DNA of 58,346 bases from positions 1 to 58,346 of the forward strand of contig JANOTL010000002.1 of assembly GCA_031416315.1 (NCBI GenBank), read 5' to 3'. The position numbers and the translations under genes are program-made. Positions 1-8,627 of the stretch are shown piece by piece; position 1 is the first letter of the stretch, and every line of letters begins with the position of its first letter. The DNA is from Pseudomonadota bacterium. GTDB taxonomy: Bacteria > Bdellovibrionota_B > Oligoflexia > Oligoflexales > CAIYRB01. Below the pieces are notes generated by a model. The model did not search any database, was not told where the DNA came from, and saw only the letters and a list, made by a program, of their open reading frames with translations.

Positions 1-131
1 GCCAGGCCGTCTTCGCCCGTGCCGGCCTCGACCACGCGGTGGCCGGCGCGCTCCAGGATCCGACGGACGACGTAGCGATTCGTCTCGCGGTCGTCGACGT
101 GCAGAATGGTGACGCATGCGGTCTCAGACAT
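1..131 (-). CDS. Response-regulator receiver (REC) domain protein, partial (3' end runs off the window)
   Basis: Hand translation from ATG at 131: MSETACVTILHVDDRETNRYVVRRILERAGHRVVEAGTGEDGL, a typical REC N-terminus. Overlaps the stop of the upstream hybrid kinase. Confidence 0.85.
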   Translation of the reverse strand, partial: MSETACVTILHVDDRETNRYVVRRILERAGHRVVEAGTGEDGL

Positions 132-1899
132 GAGCGGCCCCTCTCAAAACGTCCCGGATGGTGCGCAGGCTCGCCTGTCTATGCTCCGGGTTCTTGCTGA
201 TCACGGCCGTAGCCCTTTTCGTCAGGGCTTCGAGGGCCTCGGCATCGAGAATGGTCGAAGTGTTGATCACCACCGGAATCTCCGCCGTCGCGGGCTCGCC
301 TCTGAGGCGTGCGAGGACCTCCTCGCCGCCCATGCCTGGCATCACCAGGTCGAGGAACACCACGTCGGGATGCAAGCTCGCAGCCAAGAGGAGCGCGCTC
401 GGCCCGTCGGTCGCCTCGGTCACCTCATGTCCTTCACGGCGCAGCGTGTCGCTCAGGACGTAGCGGGCGATCTCGCTGTCGTCGACGATGAGAACACGGC
501 GCGCCACCCATTCGTGACGCGGGCTTGCGACGTCGGGCAGGTCTGCCAACGGAGTTTTGCCTTGCGCCTCCGCTGCGCTCAGCTTCATCACAAAGGAAAA
601 GCAAGAGCCGACGTCGGGCTCGCTGGTGAGGAATATGCGGCCGCCGAGGAGGCTCGCCAGCTTCCGCGCCAAGGGCAGGCCGAGGCCGGTCCCCTGCACG
701 GCGCGAAGCTTTTGCGCATCGAGCTGGACGAACTCGTCGAAGATGCGCTGTTGATCGCTCGGGTCAATGCCGATCCCCGTATCGCGCACGGAGAAGACGC
801 CGTAGTCGGCTCCGTCGCGCGCAAACGTGACGCGCACCTCGCCCCTCTCGGTGAACTTGAGCGCATTCGCGACGAAGTTGCGCAGGATCTGCGTCAGTTT
901 GCCCTCGTCGGTCGCGAGCCGGACGTCTTCGCGCGGATCCTCGAAGACGAGCTCCACCGGCGAGCCTTCGGGCAGAAGCGGCCGCAGCATGCCCCGAAGC
1001 GACGCGAACAACTCGCTCACGGTGATCTCCGTGCACCGAAGAGTCGACTTGCCCGCCTCGACTTTGGCGATATCAAGGAGATCATTCACTAACTCGTTGA
1101 GCTCCTCGACCGAGCGGCGGATGTAGACGACCTGCCGCTCTTGCTCCGGGGAGAGCTCACCATCCTCGCGGCCGAGGAGCATGCGCACGAGCGCGAGCAC
1201 GGCGTTGAGCGGCGTGCGGAACTCGTGCGTGACGTTGGAGAGAAAGCGCGTCTTGAACTCGTTCGCACGCTGCAACGAGGACGCTTTGTCCTCGAGCTCC
1301 GTGTAAAGCGCGAGGACACCTTGGTTGGTCTCCGCGAGCTCGCGGTTCACGTCCTCGAGCACTTGTTGATGCCGCTTGAGCTCGTCCAGCGTCGAGATGA
1401 GCTCGTGGTTCTGGTGGCGGATCTCGGCAAAGGGATCTTCCGAGCGCAGCTCGCTCAGGGCCCGACTCAAAGTCGCAAGCGTCTTCATGGTCGGCGTCTC
1501 GACTTGCCTCGGGACGAGCTTCCGCGTCGTGATGCGGGTGCCCTTGCCGAGCTCGGTCTCGACCACGAACTCGTCCATAAGCCTCTGAGCGCCGGTGATC
1601 CCGATCCCCATGCCCGTGACCGAGCGATAAGTTCCGGCGAGGATCGCATCGATCTGCGAGATGCCCGGACCGTGATCCTCGACCACGACGACAAGCGCGC
1701 GGCCTTCGAGCGCAAAGGTGACCATCCCAGCGCCGCCATAGCCGTAGGCGTTGCGAGCAAGCTCCGAGATGGCGGTGGCGATCCGCGTCTGGTCCTGAAC
1801 GTCGAACCCGAGGTGCTCGCTGATCAGCCGGGCGCGCTGGCGCGCGAGCACGATGTCCCGCTCGTAGCGGACGTCGACCGTGATGATCTGCTGCTTCAT
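124..1899 (-). CDS. Hybrid sensor: N-terminal RsbT-like ATPase domain + histidine kinase + REC
   Basis: Start re-placed at ATG 1899 (MKQQIIT), which overlaps the upstream stop as ATGA. RsbT-like SELARN/DHGPG; H-box THEFRTPL; N-box NFVANALKFT; G boxes DTGIGI and GTGLGL; REC VDDS...FLDLVMPG. Confidence 0.92.
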   Translation of the reverse strand: MKQQIITVDVRYERDIVLARQRARLISEHLGFDVQDQTRIATAISELARNAYGYGGAGMVTFALEGRALVVVVEDHGPGISQIDAILAGTYRSVTGMGIGITGAQRLMDEFVVETELGKGTRITTRKLVPRQVETPTMKTLATLSRALSELRSEDPFAEIRHQNHELISTLDELKRHQQVLEDVNRELAETNQGVLALYTELEDKASSLQRANEFKTRFLSNVTHEFRTPLNAVLALVRMLLGREDGELSPEQERQVVYIRRSVEELNELVNDLLDIAKVEAGKSTLRCTEITVSELFASLRGMLRPLLPEGSPVELVFEDPREDVRLATDEGKLTQILRNFVANALKFTERGEVRVTFARDGADYGVFSVRDTGIGIDPSDQQRIFDEFVQLDAQKLRAVQGTGLGLPLARKLASLLGGRIFLTSEPDVGSCFSFVMKLSAAEAQGKTPLADLPDVASPRHEWVARRVLIVDDSEIARYVLSDTLRREGHEVTEATDGPSALLLAASLHPDVVFLDLVMPGMGGEEVLARLRGEPATAEIPVVINTSTILDAEALEALTKRATAVISKNPEHRQASLRTIRDVLRGAAHV

Positions 1900-2909
1900 G
1901 CGCCGCTCTCCGCGAGCGTCAGCACCGTGGCGTCGTCCCGCTTGCGCTCGAAGTCGCGAAAGAGCGTCGCGCCGATCACGGACGGGCCTTGGCGCACGAG
2001 CCCGTGATAGCGCCGGAGGTCCCAGCGCGTGCCCAGCCCGTCGGAGGCCATGACCAGGATCGAGCCGCGCTGCCAAGGATAGCTGAACACCTGCACGCGC
2101 CGCATCTCGTGGCCGGCGATGCCGGCATGCGAGACCAGGGATCGCGTCGTCCCGTCGCGCGTGATGATCGTTCCAGCGATGTTGCCGACGCCGACAAATT
2201 GTAGGGTGTCGATGCTAGGGTCGATTGCGGCGATCCCGACTGCGGCGCCGCGCGTGCCGCGCATCGCGACGTGCATCGCCTCCAGCAGGTCCACCAAGCT
2301 CAATCCGGAGCCGCGATGGAAGACGGCGACCGCCGCCTCCGCGGCGTGCGCGGCTTCGGGACCGTGCCCGAGGCCGTCGACGACCAACGCCCTGGCGCGC
2401 GAGCCGAGGACCTCGACCGCCGCGGAATCGCCGCAGACCGATTCGCCGAGGACCGGGACGTTGATCCGCCCGACCTCGTAGCTCGGGACCTTCGCGACGG
2501 CCGTCCGCGGATGAACGCGTGCGACCATGATCGTGCCATGCGCCGCATCGGAATGGACGGCGAAGCTCGACGCCAGACGCTGAATCGCGCCGAGGCCGTT
2601 GCCGGGCGTGCCGCCGGTGGAATAGCCGTCACGGGAACACTGCTCGAAGTCCATGCCGGGCCCGTGGTCCAAGGCTACGACCTCGACGCCTTCGCCTTCG
2701 GAGGCGCCGAGAGCGCGCACGAGGAGCTCGCCTCCCTTGGCGTAGCGCACCAGATTATTCGCCAGCTCGGAGATGATGATCGCGACCTTGCCGACGTCGT
2801 TCTCGTCGAGCTCGGTTTGCGCGCCGACCGTAGCCGCGAGGCGCCGGGCTTCGCCGACGTGGCTCGGGTCGGTGAAGGTCACGCGATAAGAGTGCGTGGC
2901 TCCGCTCAT
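1896..2909 (-). CDS. rsbX: RsbT-like ATPase + PP2C/SpoIIE phosphatase (RsbX-like stressosome phosphatase)
   Basis: SELANN and DHGPG in the N-terminal half; PP2C motifs CGDS, VDGLGHG, ASDGL and DDAT. ATGA overlap with rsbT. Confidence 0.85.
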   Translation of the reverse strand: MSGATHSYRVTFTDPSHVGEARRLAATVGAQTELDENDVGKVAIIISELANNLVRYAKGGELLVRALGASEGEGVEVVALDHGPGMDFEQCSRDGYSTGGTPGNGLGAIQRLASSFAVHSDAAHGTIMVARVHPRTAVAKVPSYEVGRINVPVLGESVCGDSAAVEVLGSRARALVVDGLGHGPEAAHAAEAAVAVFHRGSGLSLVDLLEAMHVAMRGTRGAAVGIAAIDPSIDTLQFVGVGNIAGTIITRDGTTRSLVSHAGIAGHEMRRVQVFSYPWQRGSILVMASDGLGTRWDLRRYHGLVRQGPSVIGATLFRDFERKRDDATVLTLAESGA

Positions 2910-3310
2910 TTCCACCGCGCTATCATGACGGAGGTGCCAACGCCGACGCGCGATTGGATGGAGAAATCGTTGACGAGGCGCTTGGCGCCGCCGAGTCCCA
3001 TGCCGAGCCCGTCGCCCGTCGTGTAGCCGTCTTTCATGGCCAGCGTGATGTCGGGGATGCCCGGCCCTCGGTCGCTGAAGACGAGCTTCAAACCCGGGCG
3101 CGGCTCGCGCAGAATCTCCAGCGAGACCTCGCCGCCACCGCCGTATTTGAGGACGTTGCGCGCCAGCTCGCTCGCCGCCGTGACCATCTTCGTCTGGTCA
3201 ACAATCGAGAACTTCAGCTCCAGCGTCGCGGCTCGTACTTTTTGGCGCACGACCACCACGTCGGGCTCCGCCCTAATATAGAGGACGTCAGCTGCGGGCG
3301 GTTGCGACAC
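2906..3310 (-). CDS. rsbT: Anti-sigma regulatory factor, Ser/Thr kinase RsbT
   Basis: TAASELARN, DRGPGI, DGYTTGDGLGMGLGGAKRL; follows rsbS. GTG start at 3310 (GGAG upstream) preferred; 3328 is the alternative. Confidence 0.92.
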   Translation of the reverse strand: MSQPPAADVLYIRAEPDVVVVRQKVRAATLELKFSIVDQTKMVTAASELARNVLKYGGGGEVSLEILREPRPGLKLVFSDRGPGIPDITLAMKDGYTTGDGLGMGLGGAKRLVNDFSIQSRVGVGTSVMIARWK

Positions 3311-3650
3311 GCAGGAGCTCCATCCCATGATCGACGTCGAGCGCCGTGCGAATTCCGGTGAGATATAAGCCGAGCTCGACCAGGGTGATGGCCACGGCTG
3401 GCCGCATGCCCACGACCACGATCTCCGCGTCGAGGACGCGCGCCGTCGCCGCGATGTTGGCGAACATGCGGCCGATGAATGAGTCGACCATCTCCAGCGC
3501 CGAGATGTCGATCAAGACACCCTTCGCGCTCGTGGTCGAGATCTTGTTGGTGAGGTCGTCCTGCAGGGACATCGCGAGCCGGTCGTGCATGTCGACCTGG
3601 ATGGTCACCAAGATGAAGTCGCCGACGCGCAGGAGAGGAATGCGTTCCAC
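3288..3650 (-). CDS. rsbS: STAS-domain stressosome protein RsbS
   Basis: IDISALEMVDSFIGR carries the conserved phospho-Ser; GMRPAVAITLVELG. Confidence 0.95.
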   Translation of the reverse strand: MERIPLLRVGDFILVTIQVDMHDRLAMSLQDDLTNKISTTSAKGVLIDISALEMVDSFIGRMFANIAATARVLDAEIVVVGMRPAVAITLVELGLYLTGIRTALDVDHGMELLRVATARS

Positions 3651-3663
3651 GGAGGTCCCTCGT

Positions 3664-4536
3664 TCAGCGCGCCGCGCGGCGGTCGGTGATGTCCTTGCCG
3701 AGACGCTCGAGCGCGACGGCGAAGGCGTCGGCCAAGGTGGCTTTGGTCGTGATGTTGCCGAGGTCGATCGCCAGGTGGACGATCGTCTGCGCGATCTGCG
3801 GGCGAATGCCGCTGATGATGCAGTCGGCGCCCATCAAGCGCGCCGCGGCGACGGTCTTCATCAGATGTTGCGCGACTAGAGTGTCCACGGTCGGCACCCC
3901 AGTGATGTCGATGATGGCGATACGGCTGCCCGTCTCCATGATCCGCACGAGGAGGGCTTCCATGACGCTCTGCGTCCGGTAGCTGTCCAGCGTGCCGATC
4001 ATCGGCAGGGCGAGGACGCCGTCCCAGAGCTTCACCACCGGCGTCGAGAGCTCGAGCATCTCGGTTTGCTGGCGGCTGATCACTTCTTCACGGCCTTTCT
4101 GGTAGATCTCGGTGGTGAGGAGCCCGAGCTTGTCGAGAAGATCGGAGGTCGTCTGGACCGCATCGAAAAGCGCATCTCCGTTCGCGGAAAGGTTCTGACC
4201 CAAGCGCTGGAACAAGGGCCGCTTCAGCGAGAAGACGAAACGGGCCGTCTCCGAAGGCGAGAAGCCGGCGATCGCGCGCGAGCGCGAGACGTTGGTGAGG
4301 ACGTCGCGAACCTCGGACCATTCGGTGGCCATCACGTCGCTCGCGTTCGCCGAAGACGCCGCGTCGGCGAACGATTGATAGAACCGCCGGCAGTCCTCGC
4401 GCAGCTCCGAGTCACGCACGGCGTCGGAGCGCTGGCCGGACGCCTTCAGCGAGCGCAACTGCTCGGCGACCCATTCGGCGAGAATGTCGGTCTCGAAGCG
4501 CTTCAGGATCTGAGCGAGCTGGGACTTCGGTTGCAT
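3664..4536 (-). CDS. rsbR: Stressosome scaffold RsbR (N-terminal RsbRD-like domain + STAS)
   Basis: ELSTPVVKLWDGVLALPMIGTLDS, DITGVPTVDTLVAQHL, GIRPQIAQT. Start placed at ATG 4536 (MQPKSQL). Confidence 0.93.
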   Translation of the reverse strand: MQPKSQLAQILKRFETDILAEWVAEQLRSLKASGQRSDAVRDSELREDCRRFYQSFADAASSANASDVMATEWSEVRDVLTNVSRSRAIAGFSPSETARFVFSLKRPLFQRLGQNLSANGDALFDAVQTTSDLLDKLGLLTTEIYQKGREEVISRQQTEMLELSTPVVKLWDGVLALPMIGTLDSYRTQSVMEALLVRIMETGSRIAIIDITGVPTVDTLVAQHLMKTVAAARLMGADCIISGIRPQIAQTIVHLAIDLGNITTKATLADAFAVALERLGKDITDRRAAR

Positions 4537-4662
4537 GGTCAGGGGATCTCCGGAAGTGGAGACCTCAAGTACCATTTTCGCGGCGTCGCCGCCTAGGCTG
4601 GTCACATTTTTGGGACAGGTGCCCCCGCAGAATTACTTGGAAAAATATCTCGGGGAAACAAG

Positions 4663-6780
4663 CTAGTAGTCCGTCGCCGCGTCGTACGGCAGACCATAAT
4701 CCGCCGACAGCTTCTTCGCCGTCTTCGGCAAAGGCTTCGCCGCGTCGTTCCGCCGAGCCTTCCGCCCGTCGCGGTTCGCGCCGATCTCCTCTTCGACGAA
4801 AGCGGAGAAGCGCGCCGAGTAGTCCGGGTCGTCGCAGCTGAAGAGCGCAGGGAACTTGCGCACGGCGAACTTCGCGTCGCCCTTCTGCTTCGCGGGGTTC
4901 GGCTTGTGGTTGAAAGATTGCGTCAGGAGGTTCGCCGCCAGGACCGCCTGGATGCCGCTCGGCCGGTCGAGGTCCAAGCCCGAGGCCGCCTTGAAGGTCG
5001 AGACCAAGGGCTCCCCGGAAGCACGCGTGACGAAGCCCTTCTCGAAGCCGCAGGCGGTCGATTTCGGCAGCCCGGCGACGCGCTCGTCTTTGAGAAGTAC
5101 GGCGAGTTGCTGCGTTTTCGTCTGATCGTCCGCCTCGGGGTCGACCTGGGGCAGGGACGCGCCGAGCGCGACGAGCCCGTCGGAGGTGGCGAGATGCGCG
5201 GGCAGCTTCTCGACGTCGGCATTCGGCGCCAGGATCGCGAGGTATTCCAGCTCGCCATAGACCGCGCGCCCGTCGACCATCACCAGCTCGACGTCCTTCG
5301 TCTCGCCGGTGACGAAGTTGGCGTAGGCGTCGTCGTCTCGAGCGCTCATGACGACGAACGAGGCCGCCGCATCCGGGACGATCTTGCCGATGCCGTGGCG
5401 GCCGTCGGCTGGGCTACTCTCTTCGTGGCCGAGCATGCGCGCAGGGTTCTCGGTCGCCATCTTATAGAGCACCTCGTCGGTGATCACGCCTTCGATGCCG
5501 GCTTGTTTCGCATACGCGCGCGCGATCTTCAGCTCCTCTAGGACGCCCTTCGAGCCGGTCGGCGTCCAGTCGGAGCCGATGGAGACGTCGACGCCGGCCT
5601 TCACCGCGGCCTCGACCTCGAGCGTCTCGCCGTAGAGCAGGAAGTTCGAGAACGGCGACCAGATGAGGCCCATGCCCTTCGCCGCCATGTGCTTGAAGCC
5701 CTCGGCGTCGACGCCGACGCCGTGCACGAGATTCACGCGCGCCTGGTCAAGGCCGAAAAGCTTCAGCATCTCGAACTCGATCGTATTGTAGGGATCCTTG
5801 CGGCGACCCTCGGCCAGGTGCACGATCACGGCGGCGCGCTTCGGATCGCTCAGGTACCGGCGCTTGCCCGCGACCGTCTTGTGCTGCCAGTTGAGGAAGC
5901 GCTGAAACTTGTCGGGGTTCGCGTCGCAGCCGGCGGTGACCTTGGCCTTGTCCTTGAAGACGTCGAGCTCCGCCTTGCCCATCACGTCCTTGATGCCGAA
6001 CTGGGCGACGAGCTTCGGGCAGATCTCCTGCACCTTTTTGAGCAGCGCCTCCTCGTAGCTCATGCCGGACGCGACCATCGGCCGCAGGTGCTTCCAGACG
6101 AAGCTCATGTCCTCGGGCACGACGAGATCGGTGGGCGCCTGCACGTTGGCCAGGCGCGCCGCGTCGGAGTCGGCGAGGTAGGAGGCGCCGTCCTCGACCT
6201 GATGCACCGAGAAATTGGCGACGCAGTCGCTCGGGCCTTGCAGATAGGTCGTGCCGAGGACGGTCGCCTGCAGCTCGGCCCAACGGAAGGCGGCGCAGGT
6301 GGTCACGGGATGGTCGATCCACGGATTCATGTTGAAGCTGACGGCCTTGGTGTAGTCGTCCCAGTCGCGCCACTCGAAGCGGTTGGCGAACTGGCCCTTT
6401 GCCGCGCCCCAAACCGGCAGGACGTCCTGCTTCGTGTGATTGTGGAGGTTGATCATCCCCGGGTAGACGACGTCAAAGCGCTCGCTGCCGGCGCGCTTCA
6501 AGACGACCGCGCCGGCCGCCCGCCGCGCCTCGACGTCGCCGTCTGCGATCTTCTCGACGCTCTTGATGACGCCCTTGTCCAGAACCAGCGCCGCGAGCTC
6601 GAGGCCTTTGCCGCCGCCCAAATAGCGGCTCGGAACGAGACCGATCAGGGTCGTGCCGTCCGTCACGGCCGGCGTCGCCGCCACCGGCTCCTCGCTCTTC
6701 AGCTGGCCAGAGGTTCCCGGCGTCTTACAGGACGCGACGAGCAACAGCGTGAGCAAAGAGCCGTGGGCGAGCTTGGTCAT
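4663..6780 (-). CDS. Metal-dependent amidohydrolase/deaminase family lipoprotein
   Basis: PGMINLHNH, HLAEG, VHGVG and IGSDW metal-ligand motifs; lipobox-like LVASC after ATG 6780. Confidence 0.85.
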   Translation of the reverse strand: MTKLAHGSLLTLLLVASCKTPGTSGQLKSEEPVAATPAVTDGTTLIGLVPSRYLGGGKGLELAALVLDKGVIKSVEKIADGDVEARRAAGAVVLKRAGSERFDVVYPGMINLHNHTKQDVLPVWGAAKGQFANRFEWRDWDDYTKAVSFNMNPWIDHPVTTCAAFRWAELQATVLGTTYLQGPSDCVANFSVHQVEDGASYLADSDAARLANVQAPTDLVVPEDMSFVWKHLRPMVASGMSYEEALLKKVQEICPKLVAQFGIKDVMGKAELDVFKDKAKVTAGCDANPDKFQRFLNWQHKTVAGKRRYLSDPKRAAVIVHLAEGRRKDPYNTIEFEMLKLFGLDQARVNLVHGVGVDAEGFKHMAAKGMGLIWSPFSNFLLYGETLEVEAAVKAGVDVSIGSDWTPTGSKGVLEELKIARAYAKQAGIEGVITDEVLYKMATENPARMLGHEESSPADGRHGIGKIVPDAAASFVVMSARDDDAYANFVTGETKDVELVMVDGRAVYGELEYLAILAPNADVEKLPAHLATSDGLVALGASLPQVDPEADDQTKTQQLAVLLKDERVAGLPKSTACGFEKGFVTRASGEPLVSTFKAASGLDLDRPSGIQAVLAANLLTQSFNHKPNPAKQKGDAKFAVRKFPALFSCDDPDYSARFSAFVEEEIGANRDGRKARRNDAAKPLPKTAKKLSADYGLPYDAATDY

Positions 6781-6796
6781 CGCGAGTTCCTTGGGC

Positions 6797-6823
6797 AGTG
6801 GTCGAATTTCGACCACTATACCA
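6797..6823 (-). promoter_or_regulatory. Perfect palindrome AGTGGTCGAA-T-TTCGACCACT overlapping an extended -10 (TGgTATAGT); candidate operator
   Basis: 10-bp perfect arms at 6797-6817, 17 bp upstream of the amidohydrolase ATG. Confidence 0.6.
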
Positions 6824-6852
6824 AAAAAACGTGCCGCCCTGGGGCGCGGCGT
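6823..6852 (-). terminator. Intrinsic terminator of 6857..7222
   Basis: GC-rich hairpin followed by T7 on the minus strand, just after the stop codon. Confidence 0.6.
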
Positions 6853-6856
6853 CCGG

Positions 6857-7222
6857 TCAACGCGGAATTTTTACGTCCATTGCGGCGCGCTCGCGCTCGC
6901 ACTCGGCTTTGTCGCTATCGAAGTTGCCGAAGCTCTTTACGGCGGTCTCGGTCTTCTTGCCGTCATCGCCGATCACGACTTGGTAGAGCGTCCAGCCTTT
7001 CAAGTTCGCGTCGTCGATGCGTTCGCCGTAGCGGCAGGAAGCGAGCTTCGTCGCGGTGACCTTCGGCGTCGCCGCCGTCGTCGCGTCGACCTGCATCGCG
7101 CACACTTGCTGCGCGCCGACGATGACGCACTGGCCAGGCCGGAGATAGACCGGCTCCCCCGCCACCGCGGCCGTAGCCGCGAGTCCCAAGACCGCAATCA
7201 AAATCGCTTTTTCGAACGCCAT
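6857..7222 (-). CDS. Small secreted hypothetical protein
   Basis: Signal peptide, 4 Cys, AAGGAG RBS upstream. Confidence 0.8.
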   Translation of the reverse strand: MAFEKAILIAVLGLAATAAVAGEPVYLRPGQCVIVGAQQVCAMQVDATTAATPKVTATKLASCRYGERIDDANLKGWTLYQVVIGDDGKKTETAVKSFGNFDSDKAECERERAAMDVKIPR

Positions 7223-7302
7223 GACGACTCCTTAGGCTGTTCGTCCCTCTGTAGCACGGCCCGGAGCGTCCGTGATAGCCTCACCGGAAAAGGAGCCCAC
7301 CG

Positions 7303-8433
7303 ATGCGCCTGGTCCTCACGGTCCTCACCGCCCTCCTCCTCGCCGCAGCGCCTCTGGCCCCGGTCGCGACGGCTGCCGATCCGATCGTCGCCGAAAAGAT
7401 CCCGGTGAGCGAGCTCCTCGTGCTCGAGGGGGAAGGCTACGCCCTGGGCCACGCCCACGGTCTCGCGTTGAAACCGGAGATCCTCTTGCTCCAGGAGCAA
7501 TGGCTCATGCCGAAGCTGCGCATGATCCCCTGGGTCATCGAGCAGTTCGCCCGCGCCAAGGTGCGCAACATGGAGCCCTTCCTGCCGCAGGTCTACCGCG
7601 ACGAGATCCGCGGCATGTCCGAGGCGGTCGGCATCGAGTACGAGATCGGCCTCATCGTCAACGCCATCCCGGACATCATGGAGCTGGCCTCGCGGCCCTT
7701 CGGCTGCTCGACCTTCGTGACGCTCCCCGGCCGCTCCGAAAGCGGCGGCCTCCTCTACGGCAGAAACCTCGACTACGGCGAGTCGGACGTCCTGCGGCCC
7801 TATTGGAAGCCGACGGTCTTCGCCCGCCCGGGCAAGAACAGAATCCTCTCGATCAACGTCCCCGGCATGACCGGCGTGCTCACCGCCATCAACGAGAAGG
7901 GCGTCATGATGAGCCGCATGACCTCCTACAGCCGCGACATCCGCAGCAACGGCTATCCGTCGATGGTGCTCTTCCGCCAGATCTTGGAGGAAGCCGACAC
8001 CGCCGAGGAAGCAGCCCAGATGTACGAGCTCGCGGCGCGCACGGTCGCGGTCAACGTGATGATCTCCGATAGGACTGAAGCTCTGGTCCTCGAGGCGACG
8101 GCGCGGCAGGCGTTCCGGCGCGTGCCGAGCGCCGAGGGCCTCCTTTACGCGGCGAACCACTATGAGACCGAGTCCCTGAAAGACGGGCGTCACGAGCGCG
8201 ACGAGCGCTGGCCGCATCTGGCCCGCTTCGACGGCACGCGTGGCAGGGTCAGCGCGGCCGACGTCCTGGAAACTATGGCGCGCGCGGAGACCGCGGGCCG
8301 CAACATTCTGGCGGTGGTCGTCGACCATGGCACGAAGAAGCTGATCTTCGGCAGCGACGCCGAGGGCAACGGGACGGCGGCGCGCGGTAAACTTTTCGAG
8401 ATCGATCTGGCGGCGGCGCTGCCGGGGTTCTGA
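7303..8433 (+). CDS. Peptidase C45 / Ntn-hydrolase (AAT-like), secreted
   Basis: Autocleavage site G-CST, LYGRNLDY, TAINEKG, ANHY; signal peptide; AAGGAG RBS. Confidence 0.88.
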   Translation: MRLVLTVLTALLLAAAPLAPVATAADPIVAEKIPVSELLVLEGEGYALGHAHGLALKPEILLLQEQWLMPKLRMIPWVIEQFARAKVRNMEPFLPQVYRDEIRGMSEAVGIEYEIGLIVNAIPDIMELASRPFGCSTFVTLPGRSESGGLLYGRNLDYGESDVLRPYWKPTVFARPGKNRILSINVPGMTGVLTAINEKGVMMSRMTSYSRDIRSNGYPSMVLFRQILEEADTAEEAAQMYELAARTVAVNVMISDRTEALVLEATARQAFRRVPSAEGLLYAANHYETESLKDGRHERDERWPHLARFDGTRGRVSAADVLETMARAETAGRNILAVVVDHGTKKLIFGSDAEGNGTAARGKLFEIDLAAALPGF

Positions 8434-8524
8434 ATCTCTCAAACGGCTCTAAATTCCTGACCTGCTGCGGCATGATTGCGAGAATCGCGATCAAACTGCC
8501 GACAAGAAGCGACTGAAGCCTCGT

Positions 8525-8572
8525 AAAACAAAAAAAAACGTCCCGGGCCCCTCGCCGGGACTGTATCTTTTT
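8525..8572. terminator. Hairpin GTCCCGG-N8-CCGGGAC with an A-tract on the left; minus-strand or bidirectional terminator
   Basis: 7-bp stem at 8540-8561, long A run at 8525-8538, short T run at 8568-8572. Confidence 0.55.
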
Positions 8573-8627
8573 CAGTACAATCAAAGCTCGAGTTCATCTT
8601 ACATACGACAAAAGCTTGGGGGGGCCT

